Source: Thermodesulfobacteriota bacterium (GTDB lineage Bacteria; Desulfobacterota; Desulfarculia; JACQYL01). Taken from it: 64,000 bases of DNA. The stretch is taken from the NCBI GenBank assembly GCA_963675595.2, contig CAXXLZ010000002.1, forward strand, positions 1,536,001-1,600,000. The letters run 5' to 3'. The notes beneath the pieces were generated by a model that did no database searches, had not been told where the DNA came from, and saw only the letters and a list, made by a program, of their open reading frames with translations. Shown here one piece after another: positions 37,658 to 48,009 of the stretch. A program made the translations under genes and the position numbers. The number at the start of each line of letters is the position of its first letter. The stretch's first letter is position 1.

Positions 37658-40600
37658 ATGTTAACAAATCCGAAGAGAGATGGGCCTGTTATGCGGGGAA
37701 TGAAATTTAAGGGCTCCGGGGGAGTCGAATCACGAATCGGTCATCGGTCGAACGATGCGAATATCAAAAATGTAACAAGAGCCACGTCCGAGGGACGGCC
37801 GTTCAGCCGCCGACCATGGAGAGGATTCGGGATTTCATTCATTTCCGCGACGGTGCTGTTGCTGTTCTTGTGCGCCCATGCGGGAGCACAGCAGGCGGAC
37901 TATGTGGTCACGTTTCAGGAAAGCGACGTAAAATGGTCCGTGGTGGAAGGCTATGACCTTCTCGAGGTGGATCAGGATCGCTGTACCATGCAAGGCGAAA
38001 CGGGCAAACCCTTCCTGCCGGTGAAACTCATCTATGTGGCCATACCCTATGCTTCGAAGTTCGATTCGTTCACCATACAAAGCCGCGAAGAGACGGACCT
38101 CGGCTATTATCGGATCATCCCCACCCAGGCCACGGTGCGTCCGGGCCAAACCGCTCCGTTCGTTTATCCCGACGTGGAAACCTACGCTCTTTCCACCCGA
38201 TATCCGGCTTCTCCGGTGGAATTCGCCGGGGAAGGGGCCGTCAGGGAAACACGAATCGTCACGCTGAAGGTCTATCCGCTGCAGTACATACCGGCGACCA
38301 ACCAGGTGGTTTTCAATCGTGAGCTGGTCATCTCCGTGAAGTACACGGCGGTTCCCGAACTCGCTGCAACTTCCGCTTTCCGCGAAGACGATATGGTCAC
38401 CAAGATGGCTCGTGCTTTCGTGGACAATGCCCGCGCCGAGGATCAGGGAACACCCTTGAAGAGTCTTTCGGGAGCGTCCGGGTCCGTCGGTACGTCCCTG
38501 GTGCGCCCCATGGCGGACCCCTCGGAGATTCAATATCTGATCATCACCGGCGATGCGCTGAAAGACTCTTTTCAGCCCCTGGCGGATTGGAAGACCAAGA
38601 AAGGCGTTCCGGCCGAGGTGGTGACCACCTCGTGGATTTACGCCAATTATGAGGGCTCGGACAATCAGGAAAAAATCAAGCGCTGCATTCAGGATTACGT
38701 GACGCTGTATTCCACCTTTTTTGTGCTGTTGGGTGGGGACGACACCGTGGTTCCGGATCGGGATTGCTACACGTATGTGGGGTCCGACGTCGACGCGACC
38801 ATCCCCACGGACCTGTATTATGCGAGCCTGGACAGCATCAACTGGAATACCGGCGGAGGATACCCCTGTGAGCCGGCCGACAACATCGATCTGAATATGG
38901 ACGTGTGGGTCGGCCGCGCGCCCGTTCGAACGACGGCGCATGCCACCGCCTTCGTAAACAAGACCATTGCCTACGACAAGAACCCTGCGACCTCGGACTT
39001 CGCCGAAAAAATGCTTCTCATGGGCGACATGCTCTGGTCCTACATCGGAGACCAGTCCGATGCGTATGCAAAAACGGAAGCCATGTACGACGACTACATC
39101 GCTCCTTACTGGGACGGCACTGCGTACATGTTCTACGACACGGCCACCTCCTTTCCCGGAGGCGCCTCCTACGACCTTTCACCCACCAATATGATCACCC
39201 AGTTCGCCAACGGCTATAACTACATTTTCATGGCCACCCACGGCAACGCGAACATCTGGGCTACGGAGACGGGCGGTTATTTTTCTTCGACGCACGCTTT
39301 GAGCCTGACCAACGCGAGCAAACAGGGCCACGTGAATACCATCGCGTGCATTACGAACAAATTCGACGGGAGCCCCGACCCGTGCCTGAGTGAAGCTTTT
39401 CTCCGGAATCCCAACGGCGGCGCTGTTTCGTACGTTGGAAGCTCGCGTTACGGTTGGGGTTACGCCGGCACCAAAATTCATGGGCCGTCCTTCAAATACG
39501 CCGACCAGATTTATAAGATGAACTTCGACAAAACCAATCCCGCGTGGCCGTCCTGGTTGGGCGTGTCTTTCGCGTTCGGCAAGATGATCTTGATGGGATC
39601 CGCCGCATCCAACGGCGCATACCGTTGGCTCTATTTCTCCCTCAACCTTATGGGAGATCCCGAACTCTACGTGCACGACGAGGACCCCCAACCCATCAAC
39701 GCGGTGCATGCTCCGACCGTGGGTTTCGGTTCACAGACCTTTACGGTGAGCAACTGCCCGCCCGGAGCTTGGGTCTGTTTGTTAAAGGAAGGAGAAATCT
39801 ACGAGGCCGGTTTTGCGGACGACGCGGGTGTGTTTTCAAGGGCCATTACCCCGACTTCTCCAGGTACGTTTTACGTCACGGTGACCAATCGGAATTACAC
39901 CGCATATGAAGGAACGGTCGAAGTGTCCAGTCCCGGACCTCCGGTCGTGGCCGCCATAACGGATGATGAAGCCGAAGAGGGTCTGGGCTACGTCGGACCT
40001 ACTCCCGTGCTGGCCCAGGGTAGTTTTCCCATTACGTGGACCTTGTCTTCGGGTCCTGCAGGCATGACCATCGATTCGGCTTCCGGCGTGGTTTCCTGGG
40101 CGAATCCGGCGCTGGATGCGAGTCCGGCTTCCGTGACCATCAGGGCGACCAATGCCCTGGGATTCGATGAAGTGTCTTGGGCGATCACCGTGCGCATGGT
40201 GCCCCCGGTAATCTCGTCCATCGACGATCACAGCGTCATTGAAGGTCAGGCTTACACCGGCCCGACTCCTTCGCTGGTGTCGGGTTCCACGCCGATCACC
40301 TGGTCTCTGGAAGCCGGGCACGCGGATATGGCGATCAACGCGTCCAACGGCGTCGTCACGTGGGAAAACCCGGACAGTCTGGTCGGGTCGGTGACGGTTA
40401 CCATACGCGCGACCAACGACGGCGGGTACGATGACGAAACCTGGACACTGACCGTGGAGGAACCCCCTCCCGTTCTGTTGAGCACCTATGGGGCGCCGAC
40501 TCAATCGAGCACGTATACGAACGGTTCCTACCTGGCATCCGCCGACAAAGCCATAGACGCCGATACCGACGGTGATTTCTGGGGCGGCGAATCGGTCACG

Positions 40601-43207
40601 AGCACGCAATCCAACGCGCAGGCCTGGTGGGAGCTTGATCTGGGCGCCGAATCCAGGGTGCGGAAGATCGTCGTTTACAAACGTACCGACAATTACAGCA
40701 GTTTTCTCAGCAACTTCTACGTGTTGGCTTCGGCGGACCCTTTCGCTTCCAAGAGTTTGAGCTCTTCCCTTTCCCAAGCGGGCGTGTGGAGTCAATATAT
40801 CCCGGGAGAACCCGCCCGGCCTCTGGTGCTGAGCCTGCAGCAAAACGCACGGTACGTTCGGGTGCAGTTGAGCGGCACCGGCTACCTCCAGTTGGCCGAA
40901 GTGGAAGTCTGGGGACTCCCCGAGGACCCCAAGGTCCCGGTGATTATGCCCATGGATGACGGCACCGTTTCCGAGGGCTCATCTTATACCGGCCCCACGC
41001 CCGTTCTCGAAGAAGGCACGCCCCCCATCACATGGTCCCTGCGAGCGGGTCCTTCCGGAATGACCGTCAATGCACAGACCGGAGTGGTTTCCTGGTCGAA
41101 CCCCACAACGGCGGCGAGCCCCGGCTCCGTAACCATACGCGCGCAAAACGAGGCGGGATACGATGAGGCGAGCTTCACCGTTACCGTGGAGGAGCCCGCG
41201 CCCGACCCGGTGAACCTGGCGGGAAGCGGCAGTGTGTCTCAGTCGAGCACGTATACGAACGGTTCCTACCTGGCATCGGCCGACAAGGCCGTCGACGGCA
41301 ACACCGACGGCGATTTCTGGAACGGGCAATCCGTCTCGGGCACGCAATCCAATGCGCAAGCTTGGTGGGAGCTTGATTTAGGCGCCGAATCCGAGGTGCG
41401 CCAGATCATCATCTACAAGCGAACCGATGCCTACAGCAATTTTCTGAGCAACATATATGTGCTGGCCTCGGCGGACCCCTTTGTTTCCAAGAGCCTGAGC
41501 ACTTCCCTGTCCCAAGCCGGCGTGTGGAGTCAATACGTGGCCGGCGAACCTTCCCGGCCTCTGGTGTTGAACCTGGAACAAAACGTACGTTACGTGCGTG
41601 TTCAGTTGAGCGGTACCGGGTACCTTCAACTGGCCGAAGTGCAGGTCTGGGGGATTCAAGGCGATCCTCCGCCGCCTCCGGAACCTGAAGCACCCGTCAT
41701 CGGAGACGTCTCAGATGCCGTCATCCAGGCGGGACAAGCCTACACGGGGCCGACGCCCGCATTGTCTCAGGGAACGACGCCCATCACCTGGACTCTGGAA
41801 GAAGGACCCTCCGGCATGGTCATCAACGCGGATACCGGCGTAGTAACCTGGGCCTCTCCCGCAGTTCCGGCGGCAACCTCGGGCACGGAGCTTCCTCTCG
41901 ATCAAGGGCAATGCGCGGTCACCATCAGAGCGACCAACGAGGCCGGGTATGACGAGGAAACCTGGACCCTGACCGTAACCGATGAGGTGGTCGATCCCTA
42001 TAACGTCGCCGAAGGGAAAACGGCCCTTCAATCCAGCACTTATTCCGGAAGGGGGGTCACCACCTCCGCAGCCTTGGCGGTGGATGGCGACACCAACGGT
42101 GATTTCTGGAACGGTCTGTCCGTCAGCAGTACGCAGTCCAATACCAATGCTTGGTGGGAAGTGGATTTAGGGGAAGTCTGCGACACGGAAACGATCCGTG
42201 TGTACAAGCGAACCGACGCCTACAGCAATTTTCTGAGCAACTTCTACGTGATCGCTTCGGAAACGCCCTTTGACTCCTACGATCTGCAGGCCACTCTCAA
42301 CCAAGCGGGCGTGTGGTATCAGTATGTTTCCGGCGAACCGGCCCGTCCGCTGGTGCTCACGCTGAACCGATCGATCCGTTACATTCGCGTGCAATTGGCG
42401 GGTACTGGCTTCCTCCAGATCGCGGAACTGCAGGCCTGGGGCCTCCCCTCGGAACCGGGACCTCCGGTAAGTCCGATCATAGCGGACATTGACGACGCTT
42501 CGGTTGTAGAGGGCTCGGCCTACACGGGCCCCACGCCCTCACTGACCCAGGGCACCGCGCCCGTCACCTGGTCTTTGGATGCCGGTCCCTCGGGCATGAC
42601 CATCAATACCGCCACCGGCGTGGTCTCTTGGGCGTCTCCAGTCACGGACACCAACCCGTACACGGTGACGATCCGCGCGACCAACGACGCGGGTTCGGAT
42701 ACCGAGACCTGGAGCCTCACCGTGTCTGAGGCACCGCAAGAGCCACAGAACCTCGCAGAAGGGAAGAGCGCCTCCCAGTCGAGCACCTACACAAACGGAT
42801 CGTACACTGCGGATGCGGGCAAAGCCGTGGACGGAAACACGGGCGGTGATTTCTGGAACGACGCATCCACGACGAGTACCACGAGCAATACCAACGCCTG
42901 GTGGCAGGTAGACCTGGGCGGCTCCGGCAATCAGATCGAGACCGTCACGGTCTGGAAGCGAACGGACAAGTACAGCAGTTTCCTGAGCAACTTCTGGGTC
43001 TTTGTCTCCGACGTTCCCTTCACGTCCACCAATCTGCAAACCACGTTGAACCAGGCCGGTGTCTGGAAGCAGTACATTGCCGGGGAACCCAACCGTCCCC
43101 TGAACCTTTCACCGAACGTTGCCGGCCGGTACGTACGTGTGCAGCTGGCGGGAACCGGGTTCCTGCAGTTGGCTGAAGTCCAGGTTTGGGGTTATCCCGC
43201 GCCCTGA
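37658..43207 (+). CDS. secreted gingipain-like C25 cysteine peptidase with 5 Ig-like and 4 F-type-lectin-like domains
   Basis: C25 propeptide (GKPFLP), YLIIT...LADWKTKKG, PTDLYY, VGRAP, ATHG, IAC and LNLMGDP motifs; GP.GMTI...GVVSW Ig repeats; QSST...AVDG...WW.VDL repeats. Start uncertain (37700 or later). Confidence 0.9.
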   Translation: MLTNPKRDGPVMRGMKFKGSGGVESRIGHRSNDANIKNVTRATSEGRPFSRRPWRGFGISFISATVLLLFLCAHAGAQQADYVVTFQESDVKWSVVEGYDLLEVDQDRCTMQGETGKPFLPVKLIYVAIPYASKFDSFTIQSREETDLGYYRIIPTQATVRPGQTAPFVYPDVETYALSTRYPASPVEFAGEGAVRETRIVTLKVYPLQYIPATNQVVFNRELVISVKYTAVPELAATSAFREDDMVTKMARAFVDNARAEDQGTPLKSLSGASGSVGTSLVRPMADPSEIQYLIITGDALKDSFQPLADWKTKKGVPAEVVTTSWIYANYEGSDNQEKIKRCIQDYVTLYSTFFVLLGGDDTVVPDRDCYTYVGSDVDATIPTDLYYASLDSINWNTGGGYPCEPADNIDLNMDVWVGRAPVRTTAHATAFVNKTIAYDKNPATSDFAEKMLLMGDMLWSYIGDQSDAYAKTEAMYDDYIAPYWDGTAYMFYDTATSFPGGASYDLSPTNMITQFANGYNYIFMATHGNANIWATETGGYFSSTHALSLTNASKQGHVNTIACITNKFDGSPDPCLSEAFLRNPNGGAVSYVGSSRYGWGYAGTKIHGPSFKYADQIYKMNFDKTNPAWPSWLGVSFAFGKMILMGSAASNGAYRWLYFSLNLMGDPELYVHDEDPQPINAVHAPTVGFGSQTFTVSNCPPGAWVCLLKEGEIYEAGFADDAGVFSRAITPTSPGTFYVTVTNRNYTAYEGTVEVSSPGPPVVAAITDDEAEEGLGYVGPTPVLAQGSFPITWTLSSGPAGMTIDSASGVVSWANPALDASPASVTIRATNALGFDEVSWAITVRMVPPVISSIDDHSVIEGQAYTGPTPSLVSGSTPITWSLEAGHADMAINASNGVVTWENPDSLVGSVTVTIRATNDGGYDDETWTLTVEEPPPVLLSTYGAPTQSSTYTNGSYLASADKAIDADTDGDFWGGESVTSTQSNAQAWWELDLGAESRVRKIVVYKRTDNYSSFLSNFYVLASADPFASKSLSSSLSQAGVWSQYIPGEPARPLVLSLQQNARYVRVQLSGTGYLQLAEVEVWGLPEDPKVPVIMPMDDGTVSEGSSYTGPTPVLEEGTPPITWSLRAGPSGMTVNAQTGVVSWSNPTTAASPGSVTIRAQNEAGYDEASFTVTVEEPAPDPVNLAGSGSVSQSSTYTNGSYLASADKAVDGNTDGDFWNGQSVSGTQSNAQAWWELDLGAESEVRQIIIYKRTDAYSNFLSNIYVLASADPFVSKSLSTSLSQAGVWSQYVAGEPSRPLVLNLEQNVRYVRVQLSGTGYLQLAEVQVWGIQGDPPPPPEPEAPVIGDVSDAVIQAGQAYTGPTPALSQGTTPITWTLEEGPSGMVINADTGVVTWASPAVPAATSGTELPLDQGQCAVTIRATNEAGYDEETWTLTVTDEVVDPYNVAEGKTALQSSTYSGRGVTTSAALAVDGDTNGDFWNGLSVSSTQSNTNAWWEVDLGEVCDTETIRVYKRTDAYSNFLSNFYVIASETPFDSYDLQATLNQAGVWYQYVSGEPARPLVLTLNRSIRYIRVQLAGTGFLQIAELQAWGLPSEPGPPVSPIIADIDDASVVEGSAYTGPTPSLTQGTAPVTWSLDAGPSGMTINTATGVVSWASPVTDTNPYTVTIRATNDAGSDTETWSLTVSEAPQEPQNLAEGKSASQSSTYTNGSYTADAGKAVDGNTGGDFWNDASTTSTTSNTNAWWQVDLGGSGNQIETVTVWKRTDKYSSFLSNFWVFVSDVPFTSTNLQTTLNQAGVWKQYIAGEPNRPLNLSPNVAGRYVRVQLAGTGFLQLAEVQVWGYPAP

Positions 43208-43352
43208 GACATCGGCTGAATAGAGGGGAAAATCGAGACGAGGCGGTAACGGGTCGGGAGGAAAAGAGGGTATTGGCCCGGAAATACAGGAAGAATTGGA
43301 TTCGTGGTGAGGAAGAAAGTCCCCGGCAGGGGTCGGAAAGCCGGGAGGAAGG

Positions 43353-44444
43353 TCAGGTTCGCTCTACGACCCGATACACCGCCAGGGTTTGGAATGCGGT
43401 TGTATTCCAGTCATAGCGCTTGAGTCGTTCTTTGCCCGCTCGTATCAGGTTGTGCCGTAACTCGCGGGAATTGAGTACCTGAAGAACGGCGTGAGCCATG
43501 TTTTCCGGGTCCGACGGATCGAACCAGGCCGCAGCCTCACCCGCGACCTCGGGTAGGGCTCCAGCTCGCGCGGCCGCGATGGGCACACCCAAAGACATGG
43601 CCTCGAGAAGCGGCAGGCCGAATCCTTCCTCGAAGGACGGATAGATCAGCAGTTCCGCTTCGGCCAAGACGGCGCCCAAGTCCCGGGCTTGCAGGTACCC
43701 GGTAAAAATCAGCGTGCCTTCTTGAATGAAAGGGGCGGCCTCTCGGGCCGCTTCATCCGAAAGCGATTCGGGAGAACCTGTGACCACCATGCGTACCCCG
43801 GCGTCCCGGATCCGGGGAAACGCCTTGATCGTTCCCTGGAAATTCTTGTAGCTCACTCCCACCGAATGCCCTAGAAAGACGATGAAGGGGCGCCCAATTC
43901 CAAATCCCTCAACCGAATTCCACCGGTCTTCGGGAGCCTTTCGCAAAGGTTGGCCCGCCAGGTGGGTGACGTGGAGTTTCCCGCCGGAAACCGGATAGGT
44001 GCGCAAAACCGAGCGCCGGGTGAATTGGGAAATGCATACCACGCCGTCCAGTCGGGGAATTTCGTCCCGCAACAGGTTCCGTCTGCGAAGGGCGCCCGGC
44101 GTTTGAAACTCCGGATAGGTCGAGTCGAACAGCGTGTCGTAAACCGTCAGAATGCGACGATAGGGACCCGGAACGGGAACGAACCAAGCGGAATGCAATA
44201 GGTCCGGTTTCAGACGAAGGATAAGCTCCGACAGGGACTTTCGTTCATCGGGACTTTCGTTGCGAATGGGTGTACGAACCGTTTCGCCGTCTCCGTCATC
44301 GGGTTCCGCCCCTTGGATTCGGAGCTTGATATAGCGGTTGTCCGGATCAAGCTCGGGAAGCCGTCTGCCCAGTTCCCGGCAATAACAGGCCACCCCTCCG
44401 TTGGACAAGTCCGCGATGCGCAAGTCCAGGACGATGTTCTTCAG
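43353..44444 (-). CDS. glycosyltransferase family 4
   Basis: LTVYD, ISQFT, YKN and YPSFEEGFGLPLLEAM motifs. Start placed at a CTG overlapping the upstream stop. Confidence 0.88.
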   Translation of the reverse strand: MKNIVLDLRIADLSNGGVACYCRELGRRLPELDPDNRYIKLRIQGAEPDDGDGETVRTPIRNESPDERKSLSELILRLKPDLLHSAWFVPVPGPYRRILTVYDTLFDSTYPEFQTPGALRRRNLLRDEIPRLDGVVCISQFTRRSVLRTYPVSGGKLHVTHLAGQPLRKAPEDRWNSVEGFGIGRPFIVFLGHSVGVSYKNFQGTIKAFPRIRDAGVRMVVTGSPESLSDEAAREAAPFIQEGTLIFTGYLQARDLGAVLAEAELLIYPSFEEGFGLPLLEAMSLGVPIAAARAGALPEVAGEAAAWFDPSDPENMAHAVLQVLNSRELRHNLIRAGKERLKRYDWNTTAFQTLAVYRVVERT

Positions 44445-45163
44445 TTCCTCGTTCTCCTTAAGTAGCTGCGCAGGTGAGGTCTCAACGGTTTGGAAAACCC
44501 GAGAGCGCGCCTCGGCTGAGTCTTTGGGGTTCCAAGTCGGCAAAAAAAGTAGGCGGACTGGGTCAGGTGCTCCGGATACCTGCGACCGATACGGTTGAGG
44601 AGGGGCTGAAGAAAGGGATACAGAAACTGGGACCAGGCAAACAGACGAAGGCGGTTTCGACCCGTATATTCGCCCGAATCCTCGATGCCCACGCGGAGAG
44701 CATCCAACAAGAGCGTCACCACAATGGGAAATCCGCAACACCGATATTCGGCCCGGTCGATTGTGAAATGCTTGGTCAGCAGGGCTTCATATTCGGCCCC
44801 TTCGGCGCAAAGGCGATGGAACCCGTTGGTCACGGAGCGCCGATAGGTTCGGCTGATCCTACCGAGAAAGCGATTGGAAGCCGCCAGGGCGGCGCTGACG
44901 AGCACACGACAGCAAGGGGCCGCAACGCGGGCCAGTTCCGCAACCGCTTCGCTTTTGCCGTCCAGATGTTCCAGAACGTCGATGCATTCGACCTCCTGAA
45001 ATCGGTTGGATTTAAAGGGCAGAGCCCGCAGGTCCGCGGCCACATAAAGAAACCCCGGCCCGTTACGTTCTCGGTTGCGCCGGAGGTGCCGGAGAGAATA
45101 ATCCGTTACGACGACCTTTTCCCCCTCCACAAGCTGATTGCCACAACCTGCCACCAGCTTCAT
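44441..45163 (-). CDS. class I SAM-dependent methyltransferase (type 11)
   Basis: KLVAGCG, ADLRALPF and DVLEHL motifs; ATGA-coupled to the upstream gene. Confidence 0.82.
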   Translation of the reverse strand: MKLVAGCGNQLVEGEKVVVTDYSLRHLRRNRERNGPGFLYVAADLRALPFKSNRFQEVECIDVLEHLDGKSEAVAELARVAAPCCRVLVSAALAASNRFLGRISRTYRRSVTNGFHRLCAEGAEYEALLTKHFTIDRAEYRCCGFPIVVTLLLDALRVGIEDSGEYTGRNRLRLFAWSQFLYPFLQPLLNRIGRRYPEHLTQSAYFFCRLGTPKTQPRRALGFSKPLRPHLRSYLRRTRN

Positions 45164-47889
45164 TTTTCCGTCCCGGAGGTTTCCGCACAGGGTTTCAGCT
45201 CGACGGGCGGGTCTCCATGAAACAAGTTGTCGTCGCAATACTGCTTTCGTGAGCGGATACCGCATTGCCGGCAAAGCGGAAGGCAATCCCACGTTCCCTC
45301 ACGATGATGACGCCGGTACTCATGCAAAGCCTCCGAACGCCATACGTCCTCAATGGACCGCTCGGACAGGTCGCCCACCACCTGCGTTGCGTTCACATCG
45401 AAGCAGCACGTGGTGATCCGACCGTCCGCGTAGACGGCCAGTTCGTTCCAAAGTCCCACGCAGGGTGTGGGGGCCGAAGGTTTGGGAGACGACAGGGAAG
45501 TGGGCACGTTGCCGGCGAAATCCATAAAGGGCTTCCGAAACACCTTGATTCCGGCCGTATCTTTCAGCTTCTCCCGCCAGAGTGCCTCGAACGTGCGTAC
45601 CAGGGGCGCGTTTTCCTGGGTCTCAATGATCTGAATGGACACCTCGGGCTTGGAAGAACGACCCGACTCGGCGTAAAGGGAGACGAATCGTTCCACATTG
45701 CCGAGCACTTCATCGAATCGGCCGCCGATGCGGTTGTTCTCGTAGTCCGCCTGTTCGACGCCGTCCAGAGACAGTATCAGCCGCTTCAGGCCGGACTCGA
45801 TCAAATTGTGCGTCGCCTCACGGGACAGCAAGGTGCAATTCGTGCTCAGGCCCGGCAGAAGAATGGAGTTCGACGCGACCCCGTATTCCAGCATGTCGAA
45901 CAGATTGGGATGCATCAACGGTTCGCCGAACAGATGAAACCACGATTCCACCAAGCCGAAGCTTCGGATTTCGTCGTGGATACGCTTCCATAAATCTGAA
46001 TCCATGTGGCGAACAGGTCGCGTCATGGAGGAGCGGGGGCAAGTGCGGCATTTCAGGTTGCACGCATTGGTGACCTCGATGTCGATTCTGCGGGGAAACG
46101 GTGGGAGCTTGAGTTTCATTTGTTGAATCCCCGCGGATCGAACCCGCTGATACGCCTGCCGACTCGCCCACTTGATCGGGGACTCGGAAGGGCTCAGCAC
46201 CATAACGCGCCCCTGACCGTCGATGCGCACGGCCCTTCCCTCCGGCATGGCTTCAAGAGCCCACCGCTCCCAGTCCGTGGGGTCTTTGTTGTCGAGGGCA
46301 TCCCTCAACAACACCAACAGATCGGGACGATGGGATTCGAAAAACGTCCCCACGAAACCCGGTGTCGAACCGGCCGTCTCGTGCCCTTGGTTCACCAACG
46401 CCGAAGAGGAACCGTCGAGGGAACCACAAACCGGAATCATTGACGCATCGGGAAACAGGGTTCGCAGCTTGCCTTCCACGCGCTCCGCGATGTACGGAGG
46501 TGCGGTACGCAAAAGCAATATCTTCCGAACTTCCTTTTTGTCGAGCCCCGCGGCGAACACCTCCATGTCGTCGCGAAAGAACGTCGCCGCCCTGATCATG
46601 TCGCGCAGAACGGATTCCTCGTGTTCCGCCGTGTAAAGAATGTCCTGTTTGGGGTTTTCGATCCAGGCCTCGGAAGTCAAAAAGCCTTCCCGCAAGGCCT
46701 GTTCATAGATTTTGGTGCCCGGATAGACAATCATGGGACCGCCCGAAAATACATTGTCGGGCTGAAGGCGGGATAGAAAATCTCGCGTTTCCATGACGGT
46801 TTCATGGTCTTCGCCCGGGTATCCCACCAGGAGCAGGAAGAAGGCCTTCATATCCGCCTGTTTGGTCCATTGGAACGCTCGTTCCGCCTGGGTGAGCGAA
46901 AAGCTCTTTCCCATGCGTTTGAGCATTTTGGTGGAACCCGATTCGACCCCATAGAAAACCGCGAGACATCCCGCCTCGTTCATCCGGCGAAGCAGTTCCG
47001 AATTTACCGTATCCACTCGTGAGTAGGCGGACCAGGCGATGGACAGGTTCTTCCGTTCCAATTCATCGCAAAAGGCGTGAAGACGATCTTGGTTCAGCGT
47101 GAAGAGATCATCCAGGAATTCAAAAAAAGCGACTCCGTACCGGCCCTGAAGGAACTCGATTTCCTCAACGATGCGTTCCGGCGAAAGTGTGCTGCAGGTG
47201 TGTCCCCAGAAAGCGGAGGAGGAACAGAAACGACATTTGAACGGACACCCCCGACTGGTGACCATGGTCATTCGTTTGTACTGGGAAAGGGGTCGGCCCT
47301 TCCATTGAAAATGCTTATAGACCGGGGTCATCAATGCGTAGAGGTCCATATCGAACAAATGATACGGGATTCGAGGCGCATTCCCCGCCGACGAGACACG
47401 GAGCTTCGCACCGGATACATGCACATCCCCGTTGCTTCTGAAAGCGAGGCCCTGGATAAGGTCCGGTGATACGTCGTGGGACAGGGAATCAGCCAGTTCT
47501 CTGAAAGACTCGTCGCTCTCTCCCAGACAGATATAGTCCACTTGCGGGTAGCGGGTGAGAATCTGTTCCGCCAGGAAGGTGGCGTGGTGGCCGCCAAGAA
47601 CGATTTTGGCGGAAGGTTGCCACGATTTGATTCTGCGGGCCAGTTCGAACACCGTGTGTCGGGTGGTGGTCAGGCACGGAATGCCGACCAGATCAGGCCT
47701 AAAGCGGTGAACCACGGGCCAAAGCCGATACGTCACTTGGTCCCAAGACCCCAGATGATACAGGTCCTCGACGCGTACTTCGTGCCCGGATTGCTCGGCG
47801 ATACCTGCCAGCACGCCGACGCCCGTGGGAAACGCGGACAAGAAGAAATTCTTGGCGAAAAACGGAGGCAGAACAAAGAGGATTTTCAT
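45160..47889 (-). CDS. fusion: B12-binding radical SAM + second radical SAM/SPASM domain
   Basis: LGGHHAT and SRGCPFKCRFC in the first enzyme; EVTNACNLKCRTC, GEPLMHP and PC...CCFD...CLPLCRQC in the second. Confidence 0.92.
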   Translation of the reverse strand: MKILFVLPPFFAKNFFLSAFPTGVGVLAGIAEQSGHEVRVEDLYHLGSWDQVTYRLWPVVHRFRPDLVGIPCLTTTRHTVFELARRIKSWQPSAKIVLGGHHATFLAEQILTRYPQVDYICLGESDESFRELADSLSHDVSPDLIQGLAFRSNGDVHVSGAKLRVSSAGNAPRIPYHLFDMDLYALMTPVYKHFQWKGRPLSQYKRMTMVTSRGCPFKCRFCSSSAFWGHTCSTLSPERIVEEIEFLQGRYGVAFFEFLDDLFTLNQDRLHAFCDELERKNLSIAWSAYSRVDTVNSELLRRMNEAGCLAVFYGVESGSTKMLKRMGKSFSLTQAERAFQWTKQADMKAFFLLLVGYPGEDHETVMETRDFLSRLQPDNVFSGGPMIVYPGTKIYEQALREGFLTSEAWIENPKQDILYTAEHEESVLRDMIRAATFFRDDMEVFAAGLDKKEVRKILLLRTAPPYIAERVEGKLRTLFPDASMIPVCGSLDGSSSALVNQGHETAGSTPGFVGTFFESHRPDLLVLLRDALDNKDPTDWERWALEAMPEGRAVRIDGQGRVMVLSPSESPIKWASRQAYQRVRSAGIQQMKLKLPPFPRRIDIEVTNACNLKCRTCPRSSMTRPVRHMDSDLWKRIHDEIRSFGLVESWFHLFGEPLMHPNLFDMLEYGVASNSILLPGLSTNCTLLSREATHNLIESGLKRLILSLDGVEQADYENNRIGGRFDEVLGNVERFVSLYAESGRSSKPEVSIQIIETQENAPLVRTFEALWREKLKDTAGIKVFRKPFMDFAGNVPTSLSSPKPSAPTPCVGLWNELAVYADGRITTCCFDVNATQVVGDLSERSIEDVWRSEALHEYRRHHREGTWDCLPLCRQCGIRSRKQYCDDNLFHGDPPVELKPCAETSGTEK

Positions 47890-47971
47890 GGCCTTATTCG
47901 TCTTGAGCGGAAAGGGTTACCCGGGGTGACTCCCCGAGAATGATCGGCGAGGGATGATGGAAGAACACGAC

Positions 47972-48004
47972 GAAAAAGCGGGGCATTCCCACAGTCGCTT
48001 TTTC
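47972..48004. terminator. intra-operon hairpin (possible terminator/attenuator)
   Basis: gaaaaagcg...cgctttttc 9-bp stem. Confidence 0.35.
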
Positions 48005-48009
48005 AGCGG

